46,738 bases of DNA, from IMG/VR virus record IMGVR_UViG_2563366826_000001. One strand, 5' to 3'. The notes beneath the pieces were generated by a model, which worked only from the letters and a program-made list of their open reading frames with translations, made no database searches and was not told where the DNA came from. This document shows positions 31,322 through 42,418 of this stretch, one piece after another. The translations under genes were made by a program, and so were the position numbers. The stretch's first letter is position 1; each line of letters opens with the position of its first letter. Source of the DNA: a virus (Duplodnaviria > Heunggongvirae > Uroviricota > Caudoviricetes).

Positions 31322-31900
31322 ATGGCCATAAAAGGCCTTGAGCAGGCCGTTGAAAACCTCAGCCGTATCAGCAAAACGGCGGTGCCTGGTGCCGCCGCAA
31401 TGGCCATTAACCGCGTTGCGTCATCCGCGATATCGCAGTCTGCGTCACAGGTTGCCCGTGAGACAAAGGTACGCCGGAAACTGGTAAAGGAAAGGGCCAG
31501 GCTGAAAAGGGCCACGGTCAAAAATCCGCAGGCCAGAATCAGGGTTAACCGGGGGGATTTGCCCGTAATCAAGCTGGGTAACGCGCGGGTTGTCCTTTCC
31601 CGCCGCAGACGTCGTAAAAAGGGGCAGCGTTCATCCCTGAAAGGTGGCGGCAGCGTGCTTGTGGTGGGAAACCGTCGTATTCCCGGCGCGTTTATTCAGC
31701 AACTGAAAAATGGCCGGTGGCATGTCATGCAGCGTGTGGCCGGGAAAAACCGTTACCCCATTGATGTGGTGAAAATCCCGATGGCGGTGCCGCTTACCAC
31801 GGCGTTTAAACAGAATATTGAACGGATACGGCGTGAACGTCTTCCGAAAGAGCTGGGCTATGCGCTGCAGCATCAACTGAGAATGGTAATAAAGCGATGA
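31322..31900 (+). CDS. Z: Tail completion protein Z (192 aa)
   Basis: Matches lambda gpZ in sequence and length. Confidence 0.95.
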   Translation: MAIKGLEQAVENLSRISKTAVPGAAAMAINRVASSAISQSASQVARETKVRRKLVKERARLKRATVKNPQARIRVNRGDLPVIKLGNARVVLSRRRRRKKGQRSSLKGGGSVLVVGNRRIPGAFIQQLKNGRWHVMQRVAGKNRYPIDVVKIPMAVPLTTAFKQNIERIRRERLPKELGYALQHQLRMVIKR

Positions 31901-32292
31901 AACATACTGAACTCCGTGCAGCCGTACTGGATGCACTGGAGAAGCATGACACCGGGGCGACGCTTTTTGATGGTCGCCCCGCTGTTTTTGATGAGGCGGA
32001 TTTTCCGGCAATTGCCGTTTATCTCACCGGCGCTGAATACACGGGCGAAGAGCTGGACAGTGATACCTGGCAGGCGGAGCTGCATATTGAAGTTTTCCTG
32101 CCTGCTCAGGTGCCGGATTCAGAGCTGGATTCGTGGATGGAGTCCCGGATTTATCCGGTGATGAGCGATGTCCCGGCACTGTCAGATTTGATCACCAGTA
32201 TGGTGGCCAGTGGCTATGACTACCGGCGCGACGATGATGCGGGCCTGTGGAGTTCAGCCGATCTGACTTATGTCATTACCTATGAAATGTGA
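31897..32292 (+). CDS. U: Tail terminator protein U (131 aa)
   Basis: [52 protein letters not shown] matches lambda gpU. Confidence 0.96.
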   Translation: MKHTELRAAVLDALEKHDTGATLFDGRPAVFDEADFPAIAVYLTGAEYTGEELDSDTWQAELHIEVFLPAQVPDSELDSWMESRIYPVMSDVPALSDLITSMVASGYDYRRDDDAGLWSSADLTYVITYEM

Positions 32293-32299
32293 GGACGAT

Positions 32300-33040
32300 A
32301 TGCCTGTACCAAATCCAGTAATGCCGGTGAAAGGGGCCGGGACCACACTGTGGGTTTATAAGGGGAACGGTGACCCTTATGCGAACCCGCTTTCAGACGT
32401 TGACTGGTCGCGTCTGGCTAAAGTTAAAGACCTGACGCCCGGCGAACTGACCGCTGAGTCCTATGACGACAGCTATCTCGATGATGAAGATGCGGACTGG
32501 ACTGCGACCGGGCAGGGGCAGAAATCTGCCGGAGATACCAGCTTCACGCTGGCGTGGATGCCCGGAGAGCAGGGGCAGCAGGCGCTGCTGGCGTGGTTTA
32601 ATGAAGGGGATACCCGTGCCTATAAAATCCGCTTCCCGAACGGCACGGTCGATGTGTTCCGCGGCTGGGTCAGCAGTATCGGTAAGGCGGTGACGGCGAA
32701 GGAAGTGATCACCCGCACGGTGAAAGTCACCAACGTGAGACGTCCGTCGATGGCAGAAGATCGCAGCACGGTAACAGCGGCAACCGGCATGACCGTGACG
32801 CCTGCCAGCACTTCGGTGGTGAAAGGGCAGAGCACCACGCTGACCGTGGCATTCCAGCCGGAAGGCGCAACCGACAAGAGCTTCCGTGCGGTGTCTGCGG
32901 ATAAAACAAAAGCCACCGTGTCGGTCAGTGGTATGACCATCACCGTGAAAGGTGTTGCTGCAGGCAAGGTCAACATTCCGGTTGTATCCGGTAATGGTGA
33001 ACTTGCTGTGGTTGCAGAAATCACCGTCACCGACAGTTAA
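32300..33040 (+). CDS. V: Major tail tube protein V (246 aa)
   Basis: [36 protein letters not shown] matches lambda gpV including C-terminal Ig-like domain. Confidence 0.96.
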   Translation: MPVPNPVMPVKGAGTTLWVYKGNGDPYANPLSDVDWSRLAKVKDLTPGELTAESYDDSYLDDEDADWTATGQGQKSAGDTSFTLAWMPGEQGQQALLAWFNEGDTRAYKIRFPNGTVDVFRGWVSSIGKAVTAKEVITRTVKVTNVRRPSMAEDRSTVTAATGMTVTPASTSVVKGQSTTLTVAFQPEGATDKSFRAVSADKTKATVSVSGMTITVKGVAAGKVNIPVVSGNGELAVVAEITVTDS

Positions 33041-33055
33041 TCCGGAGAGTCAGCG

Positions 33056-33478
33056 ATGTTCCTGAAAACCGAATCATTTGAATATAACGGTGTGAGCGTC
33101 ACGCTTTCTGAACTGTCAGCCCTGCAGCGAATTGAGCATCTCGCCCTGCTGAAACGACAGGCAGAACAGGCGGGATCCAGTCTCAATCGACAGGTGAGCG
33201 TGGAAGATCTCGTCAGAACCGGTGCTTTTCTGGTGGCGATGTCCCTGTGGCATAGCCATCCGCAGAAGACAAAGATGCCGTCCATGAATGAAGCCGTTAA
33301 ACAAATTGAGCAGGAAGTGCTTACCACCTGGCCCACAGAGGCAATTGCTCAGGCTGAAAATGTGGTAATGCGTCTGTCCGGTATGTCTGAGTTTGTTGTG
33401 AATGATGCACCTGAACAGGCAGATGACGCCGGGCCAGCAGAGCCTGTTTCTGCGGGAAAGTGTTCGACGGTGAGCTGA
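33056..33478 (+). CDS. G: Tail assembly chaperone G (140 aa)
   Basis: MFLKTESFEYNGVSVTLSELSALQRIEHLALLKRQ matches lambda gpG. Confidence 0.95.
   Translation: MFLKTESFEYNGVSVTLSELSALQRIEHLALLKRQAEQAGSSLNRQVSVEDLVRTGAFLVAMSLWHSHPQKTKMPSMNEAVKQIEQEVLTTWPTEAIAQAENVVMRLSGMSEFVVNDAPEQADDAGPAEPVSAGKCSTVS
33454..33460 (+). promoter_or_regulatory. Programmed -1 ribosomal frameshift slippery site G GGA AAG producing the G-T fusion
   Basis: Heptamer gggaaag located 16 nt before the G stop codon, G zero-frame codons GGA AAG; T ORF is in the -1 frame. Confidence 0.85.
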
Positions 33479-33894
33479 GTTTTGCCCTGAAACTGGCGCG
33501 TGAGATGGGGCGACCCGACTGGCGCGCCATGCTTGCCGGGATGTCATCCACGGAGTATGCCGACTGGCACCGCTTTTACAGTACCCATTATTTTCATGAT
33601 GTTCTGCTGGATATGCACTTTTCCGGGCTGACGTACACCGTACTCAGCCTGTTTTTCAGCGATCCGGATATGCATCCGCTGGATTTCAGTCTGCTGAACC
33701 GGCGCGAGGCTGACGAAGAGCCTGAAGATGATGTGCTGATGCAGAAAGCGGCAGGGCTTGCCGGAGGCGTCCGCTTTGGCCCGGACGGGAATGAAGTTAT
33801 CCCCGCTTCCCCGGATGTGGCGGACATGACGGAGGATGACGTAATGCTGATGACAGTATCAGAAGGGATCGCAGGAGGAGTCCGGTATGGCTGA
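33460..33894 (+). CDS. T: Tail assembly protein T (made as G-T fusion via -1 frameshift)
   Basis: -1 frame ORF ...FDGELSFALKLAREMGRPDWRAMLAGMSSTEYADWHRF matches lambda gpT; no independent start expected. Confidence 0.9.
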   Translation: MFDGELSFALKLAREMGRPDWRAMLAGMSSTEYADWHRFYSTHYFHDVLLDMHFSGLTYTVLSLFFSDPDMHPLDFSLLNRREADEEPEDDVLMQKAAGLAGGVRFGPDGNEVIPASPDVADMTEDDVMLMTVSEGIAGGVRYG

Positions 33895-36448
33895 ACCGGT
33901 AGGCGATCTGGTCGTTGATTTGAGTCTGGATGCGGCCAGATTTGACGAGCAGATGGCCAGAGTCAGGCGTCATTTTTCCGGTACGGAAAGTGATGCGAAA
34001 AAAACAGCGGCAGTCGTTGAACAGTCGATGAACCGGCAGGCGCTGGCTGCACAGAAAGCGGGAATTTCCGTCGGGCAGTATAAAGCCGCCATGCGTATGC
34101 TGCCTGCGCAGTTCACTGACGTGGCCACGCAGCTTGCAGGCGGGCAAAGTCCGTGGCTGATCCTGCTGCAACAGGGGGGTCAGGTGAAGGACTCCTTCGG
34201 CGGGATGATCCCCATGTTCCGGGGGCTTGCCGGTGCGATCACCCTGCCGATGGTGGGGGCTACCTCGCTGGCGGTGGCGACCGGAGCGCTGGCGTATGCC
34301 TGGTATCAGGGCAACTCAACCCTGTCCGATTTCAACAAAACGCTGGTCCTTTCCGGCAATCAGGCGGGACTGACGGCAGATCGTATGCTGGTCCTGTCCA
34401 GAGCCGGGCAGGCGGCAGGGCTGACGTTTAACCAGACCAGCGAGTCACTCAGCGCACTGGTTAAGGCGGGGGTAAGCGGTGAGGCTCAGATTGCGTCCAT
34501 CAGCCAGAGTGTGGCGCGTTTCTCCTCTGCATCCGGCGTGGAGGTGGACAAGGTCGCTGAAGCCTTCGGGAAGCTGACCACAGACCCGACGTCGGGGCTG
34601 ACGGCGATGGCACGCCAGTTCCATAACGTGACGGCGGAGCAGATTGCGTATGTTGCTCAGTTGCAGCGTTCCGGCGATGAAGCCGGGGCATTGCAGGCGG
34701 CGAACGAGGCCGCAACGAAAGGGTTTGATGACCAGACCCGACGCTTGAAAGAGAACATGGGCACGCTGGAAACCTGGGCAGACAGGACAGCACGGGCATT
34801 CAAATCCATGTGGGATGCGGTGCTGGATATTGGTCGTCCTGATACCGCGCAGGAGATGCTGATTAAGGCAGAGGCCGCGTTTAAGAAAGCGGACGATATC
34901 TGGAATCTGCGCAAGGATGATTATTTTGTTAACGATGAAGCGCGGGCGCGTTACTGGGATGATCGTGAAAAGGCCCGTCTTGCGCTTGAAGTCGCCCGAA
35001 AGAAGGCTGAGCAGCAGAGTCAACAGGACAAAAATGCGCAGCAGCAGAGCGATACCGAAGCGTCACGGCTGAAATATACCGAAGAGGCGCAGAAGGCTTA
35101 CGAACGGCTGCAGACGCCGCTGGAGAAATATACCGCCCGTCAGGAAGAACTGAACAAGGCACTGAAAGACGGGAAAATCCTGCAGGCGGATTACAACACG
35201 CTGATGGCGGCGGCGAAAAAGGATTATGAAGCGACGCTGAAAAAGCCGAAACAGTCCGGCGTGAAGGTGTCTGCGGGCGATCGTCAGGAAGACAGTGCTC
35301 ATGCTGCCCTGCTGACGCTTCAGGCAGAACTCCGGACGCTGGAGAAGCATGCCGGAGCAAATGAGAAAATCAGCCAGCAGCGCCGGGATTTGTGGAAGGC
35401 GGAGAGTCAGTTCGCGGTACTGGAGGAGGCGGCGCAACGTCGCCAGCTGTCTGCACAGGAGAAATCCCTGCTGGCGCATAAAGATGAGACGCTGGAGTAC
35501 AAACGCCAGCTGGCTGCACTTGGCGACAAGGTTACGTATCAGGAGCGCCTGAACGCGCTGGCGCAGCAGGCGGATAAATTCGCACAGCAGCAACGGGCAA
35601 AACGGGCCGCCATTGATGCGAAAAGCCGGGGGCTGACTGACCGGCAGGCAGAACGGGAAGCCACGGAACAGCGCCTGAAGGAACAGTATGGCGATAATCC
35701 GCTGGCGCTGAATAACGTCATGTCAGAGCAGAAAAAGACCTGGGCGGCTGAAGACCAGCTTCGCGGGAGCTGGATGGCAGGCCTGAAGTCCGGCTGGAGT
35801 GAGTGGGAAGAGAGCGCCACGGACAGTATGTCGCAGGTAAAAAGTGCAGCCACGCAGACCTTTGATGGTATTGCACAGAATATGGCGGCGATGCTGACCG
35901 GCAGTGAGCAGAACTGGCGCAGCTTCACCCGTTCCGTGCTGTCCATGATGACAGAAATTCTGCTTAAGCAGGCAATGGTGGGGATTGTCGGGAGTATCGG
36001 CAGCGCCATTGGCGGGGCTGTTGGTGGCGGCGCATCCGCGTCAGGCGGTACAGCCATTCAGGCCGCTGCGGCGAAATTCCATTTTGCAACCGGAGGATTT
36101 ACGGGAACCGGCGGCAAATATGAGCCAGCGGGGATTGTTCACCGTGGTGAATTTGTCTTCACGAAGGAGGCAACCAGCCGGATTGGCGTGGGGAATCTTT
36201 ACCGGCTGATGCGCGGCTATGCCACCGGCGGTTATGTCGGTACACCGGGCAGCATGGCAGACAGCCGGTCGCAGGCGTCCGGGACGTTTGAGCAGAATAA
36301 CCATGTGGTGATTAACAACGACGGCACGAACGGGCAGATAGGTCCGGCTGCTCTGAAGGCGGTGTATGACATGGCCCGCAAGGGTGCCCGTGATGAAATT
36401 CAGACACAGATGCGTGATGGTGGCCTGTTCTCCGGAGGTGGACGATGA
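33887..36448 (+). CDS. H: Tail tape measure protein H (853 aa)
   Basis: Matches lambda gpH in sequence and length. Confidence 0.97.
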   Translation: MAEPVGDLVVDLSLDAARFDEQMARVRRHFSGTESDAKKTAAVVEQSMNRQALAAQKAGISVGQYKAAMRMLPAQFTDVATQLAGGQSPWLILLQQGGQVKDSFGGMIPMFRGLAGAITLPMVGATSLAVATGALAYAWYQGNSTLSDFNKTLVLSGNQAGLTADRMLVLSRAGQAAGLTFNQTSESLSALVKAGVSGEAQIASISQSVARFSSASGVEVDKVAEAFGKLTTDPTSGLTAMARQFHNVTAEQIAYVAQLQRSGDEAGALQAANEAATKGFDDQTRRLKENMGTLETWADRTARAFKSMWDAVLDIGRPDTAQEMLIKAEAAFKKADDIWNLRKDDYFVNDEARARYWDDREKARLALEVARKKAEQQSQQDKNAQQQSDTEASRLKYTEEAQKAYERLQTPLEKYTARQEELNKALKDGKILQADYNTLMAAAKKDYEATLKKPKQSGVKVSAGDRQEDSAHAALLTLQAELRTLEKHAGANEKISQQRRDLWKAESQFAVLEEAAQRRQLSAQEKSLLAHKDETLEYKRQLAALGDKVTYQERLNALAQQADKFAQQQRAKRAAIDAKSRGLTDRQAEREATEQRLKEQYGDNPLALNNVMSEQKKTWAAEDQLRGSWMAGLKSGWSEWEESATDSMSQVKSAATQTFDGIAQNMAAMLTGSEQNWRSFTRSVLSMMTEILLKQAMVGIVGSIGSAIGGAVGGGASASGGTAIQAAAAKFHFATGGFTGTGGKYEPAGIVHRGEFVFTKEATSRIGVGNLYRLMRGYATGGYVGTPGSMADSRSQASGTFEQNNHVVINNDGTNGQIGPAALKAVYDMARKGARDEIQTQMRDGGLFSGGGR

Positions 36449-36774
36449 AGACCTTCCGCTGGAAAGTGAAACCCGGTATGGATGTGGCTTCGGTCCCTTC
36501 TGTAAGAAAGGTGCGCTTTGGTGATGGCTATTCTCAGCGAGCGCCTGCCGGGCTGAATGCCAACCTGAAAACGTACAGCGTGACGCTTTCTGTCCCCCGT
36601 GAGGAGGCCACGGTACTGGAGTCGTTTCTGGAAGAGCACGGGGGCTGGAAATCCTTTCTGTGGACGCCGCCTTATGAGTGGCGGCAGATAAAGGTGACCT
36701 GCGCAAAATGGTCGTCGCGGGTCAGTATGTTGCGTGTTGAGTTCAGCGCAGAGTTTGAACAGGTGGTGAACTGA
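36445..36774 (+). CDS. M: Tail tip protein M (109 aa)
   Basis: MKTFRWKVKPGMDVASVPSVRKVRFGDGYSQRAPAGLNANLKTYSVT matches lambda gpM. Confidence 0.96.
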   Translation: MKTFRWKVKPGMDVASVPSVRKVRFGDGYSQRAPAGLNANLKTYSVTLSVPREEATVLESFLEEHGGWKSFLWTPPYEWRQIKVTCAKWSSRVSMLRVEFSAEFEQVVN

Positions 36775-37472
36775 TGCAGGATATCCGGCAGGAAACACTG
36801 AATGAATGCACCCGTGCGGAGCAGTCGGCCAGCGTGGTGCTCTGGGAAATCGACCTGACAGAGGTCGGTGGAGAACGTTATTTTTTCTGTAATGAGAAGA
36901 ACGAAAAAGGTGAGCCGGTCACCTGGCAGGGGCGACAGTATCAGCCGTATCCCATTCAGGGGAGCGGTTTTGAACTGAATGGCAAAGGCACCAGTACGCG
37001 CCCCACGCTGACGGTTTCTAACCTGTACGGTATGGTCACCGGGATGGCGGAAGATATGCAGAGTCTGGTCGGCGGAACGGTGGTCCGGCGTAAGGTTTAC
37101 GCCCGTTTTCTGGATGCGGTGAACTTCGTCAACGGAAACAGTTACGCCGATCCGGAGCAGGAGGTGATCAGCCGCTGGCGCATTGAGCAGTGCAGCGAAC
37201 TGAGCGCGGTGAGTGCCTCCTTTGTACTGTCCACGCCGACGGAAACGGATGGCGCTGTTTTTCCGGGACGTATCATGCTGGCCAACACCTGCACCTGGAC
37301 CTATCGCGGTGACGAGTGCGGTTATAGCGGTCCGGCTGTCGCGGATGAATATGACCAGCCAACGTCCGATATCACGAAGGATAAATGCAGCAAATGCCTG
37401 AGCGGTTGTAAGTTCCGCAATAACGTCGGCAACTTTGGCGGCTTCCTTTCCATTAACAAACTTTCGCAGTAA
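36774..37472 (+). CDS. L: Tail tip protein L (232 aa)
   Basis: Matches lambda gpL in sequence and length. Confidence 0.96.
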   Translation: MQDIRQETLNECTRAEQSASVVLWEIDLTEVGGERYFFCNEKNEKGEPVTWQGRQYQPYPIQGSGFELNGKGTSTRPTLTVSNLYGMVTGMAEDMQSLVGGTVVRRKVYARFLDAVNFVNGNSYADPEQEVISRWRIEQCSELSAVSASFVLSTPTETDGAVFPGRIMLANTCTWTYRGDECGYSGPAVADEYDQPTSDITKDKCSKCLSGCKFRNNVGNFGGFLSINKLSQ

Positions 37473-37477
37473 ATCCC

Positions 37478-38221
37478 ATGACACAGACAGAATCAGCGAT
37501 TCTGGCGCACGCCCGGCGATGTGCGCCAGCGGAGTCGTGCGGCTTCGTGGTAAGCACGCCGGAGGGGGAAAGATATTTTCCCTGCGTGAATATCTCCGGT
37601 GAGCCGGAGGCGTATTTCCGTATGTCGCCGGAAGACTGGCTGCAGGCAGAAATGCAGGGTGAGATTGTGGCGCTGGTCCACAGCCACCCCGGTGGTCTGC
37701 CCTGGCTGAGTGAGGCCGACCGGCGGCTGCAGGTGCAGAGTGATTTGCCGTGGTGGCTGGTCTGCCGGGGGACGATTCATAAGTTCCGCTGTGTGCCGCA
37801 TCTCACCGGGCGGCGCTTTGAGCACGGTGTGACGGACTGTTACACACTGTTCCGGGATGCTTATCATCTGGCGGGGATTGAGATGCCGGACTTTTATCGT
37901 GAGGATGACTGGTGGCGTAACGGCCAGAATCTCTATCTGGATAATCTGGAGGCGACGGGGCTGTATCAGGTGCCGTTGTCAGCGGCACAGCCGGGCGATG
38001 TGCTGCTGTGCTGTTTTGGTTCATCAGTGCCGAATCACGCCGCAATTTACTGCGGCGACGGCGAGCTGCTGCACCATATTCCTGAACAACTGAGCAAACG
38101 AGAGAGGTACACCGACAAATGGCAGCGACGCACACACTCCCTCTGGCGTCACCGGGCATGGCGCGCATCTGCCTTTACGGGGATTTACAACGATTTGGTC
38201 GCCGCATCGACCTTCGTGTGA
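37478..38221 (+). CDS. K: Tail tip assembly protein K (MPN/JAB + NlpC/P60 domains)
   Basis: MTQTESAILAHARRCAPAESCGFVV... HSHPGG motif; matches lambda gpK; 3' end overlaps I. Confidence 0.93.
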   Translation: MTQTESAILAHARRCAPAESCGFVVSTPEGERYFPCVNISGEPEAYFRMSPEDWLQAEMQGEIVALVHSHPGGLPWLSEADRRLQVQSDLPWWLVCRGTIHKFRCVPHLTGRRFEHGVTDCYTLFRDAYHLAGIEMPDFYREDDWWRNGQNLYLDNLEATGLYQVPLSAAQPGDVLLCCFGSSVPNHAAIYCGDGELLHHIPEQLSKRERYTDKWQRRTHSLWRHRAWRASAFTGIYNDLVAASTFV

Positions 38222-38790
38222 AAACGGGGGCTGAAGCCATCCGGGCACTGGCCACACAGCTCCCGGCGTTTCGTCAGAAACTAAGCGACGGCTGGTATCA
38301 GGTACGGATTGCCGGGCGGGACGTCAGCACGTCCGGGTTAACGGCGCAGTTACATGAGACTCTGCCTGATGGCGCTGTGATTCATATTGTTCCCAGAGTC
38401 GCCGGGGCCAAGTCAGGTGGCGTATTCCAGATTGTCCTGGGGGCTGCCGCCATTGCCGGATCATTCTTTACCGCCGGAGCCACCCTTGCAGCATGGGGGG
38501 CAGCCATTGGGACCGGTGGTATGACCGGCATCCTGTTTTCTCTCGGTGCCAGTATGGTGCTCGGTGGTGTGGCGCAGATGCTGGCACCGAAAGCCAGAAC
38601 TCCCCGTACACAGACAACGGATAACGGTAAGCAGAACACCTATTTCTCCTCACTGGATAACATGGTTGCCCAGGGCAATGTTCTGCCTGTTCTGTACGGG
38701 GAAATGCGCGTGGGGTCTCGCGTGGTTTCTCAGGAGATCAGCACGGCAGACGAAGGGGACGGTGGTCAGGTTGTGGTGATTGGTCGCTGA
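38119..38790 (+). CDS. I: Tail tip assembly protein I (223 aa)
   Basis: MAATHTLPLASPGMARICLYGDLQRFGRRIDLRVKTG matches lambda gpI. Confidence 0.93.
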   Translation: MAATHTLPLASPGMARICLYGDLQRFGRRIDLRVKTGAEAIRALATQLPAFRQKLSDGWYQVRIAGRDVSTSGLTAQLHETLPDGAVIHIVPRVAGAKSGGVFQIVLGAAAIAGSFFTAGATLAAWGAAIGTGGMTGILFSLGASMVLGGVAQMLAPKARTPRTQTTDNGKQNTYFSSLDNMVAQGNVLPVLYGEMRVGSRVVSQEISTADEGDGGQVVVIGR

Positions 38791-38850
38791 TGCAAAATGT
38801 TTTATGTGAAACCGCCTGCGGGCGGTTTTGTCATTTATGGAGCGTGAGGA

Positions 38851-41800
38851 ATGGGTAAAGGCAGCAGTAAGGGGCATACCCCGCGCGAAGCGAAGGACAA
38901 CCTGAAGTCCACGCAGCTGCTGAGTGTGATCGATGCCATCAGCGAAGGGCCGGTTGAAGGTCCGGTGGATGGATTAAAAAGCGTGCTGCTGAACAGTACG
39001 CCGGTGCTGGACACTGAGGGGAATACCAACATCTCCGGTGTCACGGTGGTGTTCCGTGCCGGTGAGCAGGAGCAGACACCGCCGGAGGGGTTTGAATCCT
39101 CCGGCTCCGAGACGGTGCTGGGTACGGAAGTGAAATATGACACGCCGATCACCCGCACCATTACGTCTGCAAACATCGACCGTCTGCGCTTTACCTTCGG
39201 CGTGCAGGCACTGGTGGAAACCACCTCAAAGGGGGACCGGAATCCGTCGGAAGTCCGCCTGCTGGTTCAGATCCAGCGTAATGGTGGCTGGGTGACGGAA
39301 AAAGACATCACCATTAAGGGCAAAACCACCTCGCAGTATCTGGCCTCGGTGGTGGTGGGTAACCTGCCGCCGCGCCCGTTCAATATACGGATGCGCAGGA
39401 TGACGCCGGACAGCACCACAGACCAGCTGCAGAACAAAACACTCTGGTCGTCATACACCGAAATCATCGATGTGAAACAGTGCTACCCGAACACGGCACT
39501 GGTCGGCGTGCAGGTGGATTCGGAGCAGTTCGGCAGCCAGCAGGTGAGCCGTAATTATCATCTGCGCGGGCGCATTCTGCAGGTGCCGTCGAACTATAAC
39601 CCGCAGACGCGGCAATACAGCGGTATCTGGGACGGAACGTTTAAACCGGCATACAGCAACAACCCGGCCTGGTGTCTGTGGGATATGCTGACCCATCCGC
39701 GCTACGGCATGGGAAAACGTCTTGGTGCGGCGGACGTGGATAAATGGGCGCTGTATGTCATCGGCCAGTACTGCGACCAGTCAGTGCCGGACGGCTTTGG
39801 CGGCACGGAGCCGCGCATCACCTGTAATGCGTACCTGACCACACAGCGCAAGGCGTGGGATGTGCTCAGTGATTTCTGCTCGGCGATGCGCTGTATGCCG
39901 GTATGGAACGGGCAGACGCTGACGTTCGTGCAGGACCGACCATCAGATAAGGTGTGGACCTATAACCGCAGTAATGTGGTGATGCCGGATGATGGCGCGC
40001 CGTTCCGCTACAGCTTCAGCGCCCTGAAGGACCGCCATAATGCCGTTGAGGTGAACTGGATTGACCCGAATAACGGCTGGGAGACGGCGACAGAGCTTGT
40101 GGAGGACACGCAGGCCATTGCCCGTTACGGTCGTAACGTCACGAAGATGGATGCCTTTGGCTGTACCAGCCGGGGGCAGGCACATCGCGCCGGGCTGTGG
40201 CTGATTAAAACGGAGCTGCTGGAAACGCAGACCGTGGACTTCAGCGTGGGGGCTGAAGGGCTTCGCCATGTACCGGGCGATGTCATTGAAATCTGCGATG
40301 ATGACTATGCCGGTATCAGCACCGGCGGGCGCGTGCTGGCGGTGAACAGCCAGAGCCGGACGCTGACGCTCGACCGTGAAATCACGCTGCCATCCTCCGG
40401 TACCACGCTGATAAGCCTGGTTGACGGAAGTGGCAATCCGGTCAGCGTGGAGGTCCAGTCCGTCACCGACGGCGTGAAGGTAAAAGTGAGCCGTGTTCCT
40501 GACGGCGTTGCCGGATACAGCGTATGGGGGCTGAAGTTGCCGACGTTGCGCCAGCGCCTGTTCCGCTGTGTGAGTATCCGTGAGAACGATGACGGCACGT
40601 ATGCCATCACTGCCGTGCAGCATGTACCGGAAAAAGAAGCCATCGTGGATAACGGGGCGCACTTTGACGGCGACCAGAGCGGCACGGTGAATGGTGTCAC
40701 GCCGCCAGCGGTGCAGCACCTGACTGCCGAAGTCACCGCAGACAGCGGGGAGTATCAGATACTGGCCCGCTGGGACACGCCGAAGGTGGTGAAGGGCGTG
40801 AGCTTTATGCTTCGCCTGACCGTGGCAGCGGATGACGGCCGTGAGCGGCTGGTCAGCACGGCCCGGACGACGGAAACCACTTACCGCTTCACACAACTGG
40901 CTCTGGGGAACTACAGGCTGACAGTCCGGGCAGTAAATGCGTGGGGGCAGCAGGGCGATCCGGCGTCGGTATCGTTCCGGATTGCCGCACCGGCAGCGCC
41001 GTCGCGGATTGAGCTGACGCCGGGCTATTTTCAGATAACCGCCACGCCGCATCTTGCGGTTTATGACCCGACGGTACAGTTTGAGTTCTGGTTCTCGGAA
41101 AAACGGATTGCGGATATCAGGCAGGTTGAAACCAGCGCGCGTTATCTTGGTACGGCACTGTACTGGATAGCCGCCAGTATCAATATCAAACCGGGCCATG
41201 ATTATTATTTTTACGTTCGCAGTGTGAACACCGTTGGCAAATCGGCATTCGTGGAGGCTGTCGGTCAGCCGAGTGATGATGCATCAGGCTATCTGGATTT
41301 TTTCAAAGGCGAGATAGGGAAAACCCATCTGGCTCAGGAGCTGTGGACGCAGATTGATAACGGTCAGCTTGCGCCTGACCTGACTGAAATCAGGACGTCC
41401 ATAACGGATGTCAGCAATGAAATAACACAGACCGTCAATAAGAAACTGGAAGACCAGAGTGCAGCGATCCAGCAGATACAGAAGGTTCAGGTTGATACAA
41501 ATAATAACCTGAACAGCATGTGGGCAGTGAAGCTGCAGCAGATGCAGGACGGACGCCTTTATATTGCGGGTATCGGTGCCGGTATTGAGAACACCCCTGA
41601 CGGCATGCAGAGTCAGGTGCTGCTGGCAGCAGACAGGATTGCGATGATTAATCCTGCGAATGGCAACACAAAGCCGATGTTTGTTGGTCAGGGCGATCAG
41701 ATATTCATGAATGAAGTGTTCCTGAAACGCCTGACGGCCCCCACCATTACCAGCGGCGGTAATCCTCCGGCATTTTCCCTGACATCAGACGGGAGACTGA

Positions 41801-42348
41801 CGGCGAAAAATGTGGATATCAGTGGCAGTGTGAATGCGAACTCAGGAACGCTCAACAATGTCACGATTAACCAGAACTGTACGATTAAGGGCATGCTGGA
41901 GGCGACCCAGGTCAGAGGAGATTTCGTTAAAGCTGTATCAAAAGCCTTCCCGAAAAAAGTCGGTACGTGGGGTAACACGGAAACACCAAACGGTACGGTT
42001 ACAGTCACCATCAGCGATGATCATAACTTTGACCGCCAGATTATTATTCCGCCCATTATTTTTAACGGTATAGCGTATGACGATCCGGGGAGCGGAAATA
42101 ACCCAGGAGGCACGCGATACACGGGTTATGGTTTTGAAGTTCGCAAAAACGGCGTATTAATCGCATCCAGAGAAACTAAAGGGGCCATTCCCGGTAGTTA
42201 CAGTGCAGTTATTGATATGCCGAGTGGCAGGGGAAGCGTCACTCTGGAGTTTAAGATTTTCCAGAAAGGCAATCAGGGGGCAGGCAATATCACCGACTGT
42301 ACGGTGATTGTGACCAAAAAAGCCGCTTCCGGCATCAGTATTCGTTGA
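38851..42348 (+). CDS. J: Central tail fibre / host-specificity protein J (1165 aa) with divergent C-terminal receptor-binding region
   Basis: N-terminal about 1000 residues match lambda gpJ; last about 150 residues differ from lambda and the protein is 33 aa longer. Confidence 0.93.
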   Translation: MGKGSSKGHTPREAKDNLKSTQLLSVIDAISEGPVEGPVDGLKSVLLNSTPVLDTEGNTNISGVTVVFRAGEQEQTPPEGFESSGSETVLGTEVKYDTPITRTITSANIDRLRFTFGVQALVETTSKGDRNPSEVRLLVQIQRNGGWVTEKDITIKGKTTSQYLASVVVGNLPPRPFNIRMRRMTPDSTTDQLQNKTLWSSYTEIIDVKQCYPNTALVGVQVDSEQFGSQQVSRNYHLRGRILQVPSNYNPQTRQYSGIWDGTFKPAYSNNPAWCLWDMLTHPRYGMGKRLGAADVDKWALYVIGQYCDQSVPDGFGGTEPRITCNAYLTTQRKAWDVLSDFCSAMRCMPVWNGQTLTFVQDRPSDKVWTYNRSNVVMPDDGAPFRYSFSALKDRHNAVEVNWIDPNNGWETATELVEDTQAIARYGRNVTKMDAFGCTSRGQAHRAGLWLIKTELLETQTVDFSVGAEGLRHVPGDVIEICDDDYAGISTGGRVLAVNSQSRTLTLDREITLPSSGTTLISLVDGSGNPVSVEVQSVTDGVKVKVSRVPDGVAGYSVWGLKLPTLRQRLFRCVSIRENDDGTYAITAVQHVPEKEAIVDNGAHFDGDQSGTVNGVTPPAVQHLTAEVTADSGEYQILARWDTPKVVKGVSFMLRLTVAADDGRERLVSTARTTETTYRFTQLALGNYRLTVRAVNAWGQQGDPASVSFRIAAPAAPSRIELTPGYFQITATPHLAVYDPTVQFEFWFSEKRIADIRQVETSARYLGTALYWIAASINIKPGHDYYFYVRSVNTVGKSAFVEAVGQPSDDASGYLDFFKGEIGKTHLAQELWTQIDNGQLAPDLTEIRTSITDVSNEITQTVNKKLEDQSAAIQQIQKVQVDTNNNLNSMWAVKLQQMQDGRLYIAGIGAGIENTPDGMQSQVLLAADRIAMINPANGNTKPMFVGQGDQIFMNEVFLKRLTAPTITSGGNPPAFSLTSDGRLTAKNVDISGSVNANSGTLNNVTINQNCTIKGMLEATQVRGDFVKAVSKAFPKKVGTWGNTETPNGTVTVTISDDHNFDRQIIIPPIIFNGIAYDDPGSGNNPGGTRYTGYGFEVRKNGVLIASRETKGAIPGSYSAVIDMPSGRGSVTLEFKIFQKGNQGAGNITDCTVIVTKKAASGISIR

Positions 42349-42368
42349 AATATTTATAACCCCAATAA

Positions 42369-42396
42369 AGGGCGTCAGGAATGACGCCTTTTTTAT
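42369..42396 (+). terminator. Rho-independent terminator after J
   Basis: ggcgtca-ggaa-tgacgcc hairpin followed by ttttttatt. Confidence 0.7.
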
Positions 42397-42418
42397 TGCA
42401 GAAAAGCGAGAGGTAATT

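Noticed and set aside
36041-37484. Minus-strand ORFs (221, 132 and 270 aa) antisense to H, M and L
   Set aside because: Contained within contiguous, well-supported tail genes; Arg/Pro-rich shadow translations.
39943-41199. 418-aa minus-strand ORF antisense to J
   Set aside because: Fully contained in the well-supported J gene, Arg/Pro/His-rich composition, no start context; antisense shadow ORF in GC-rich coding DNA.
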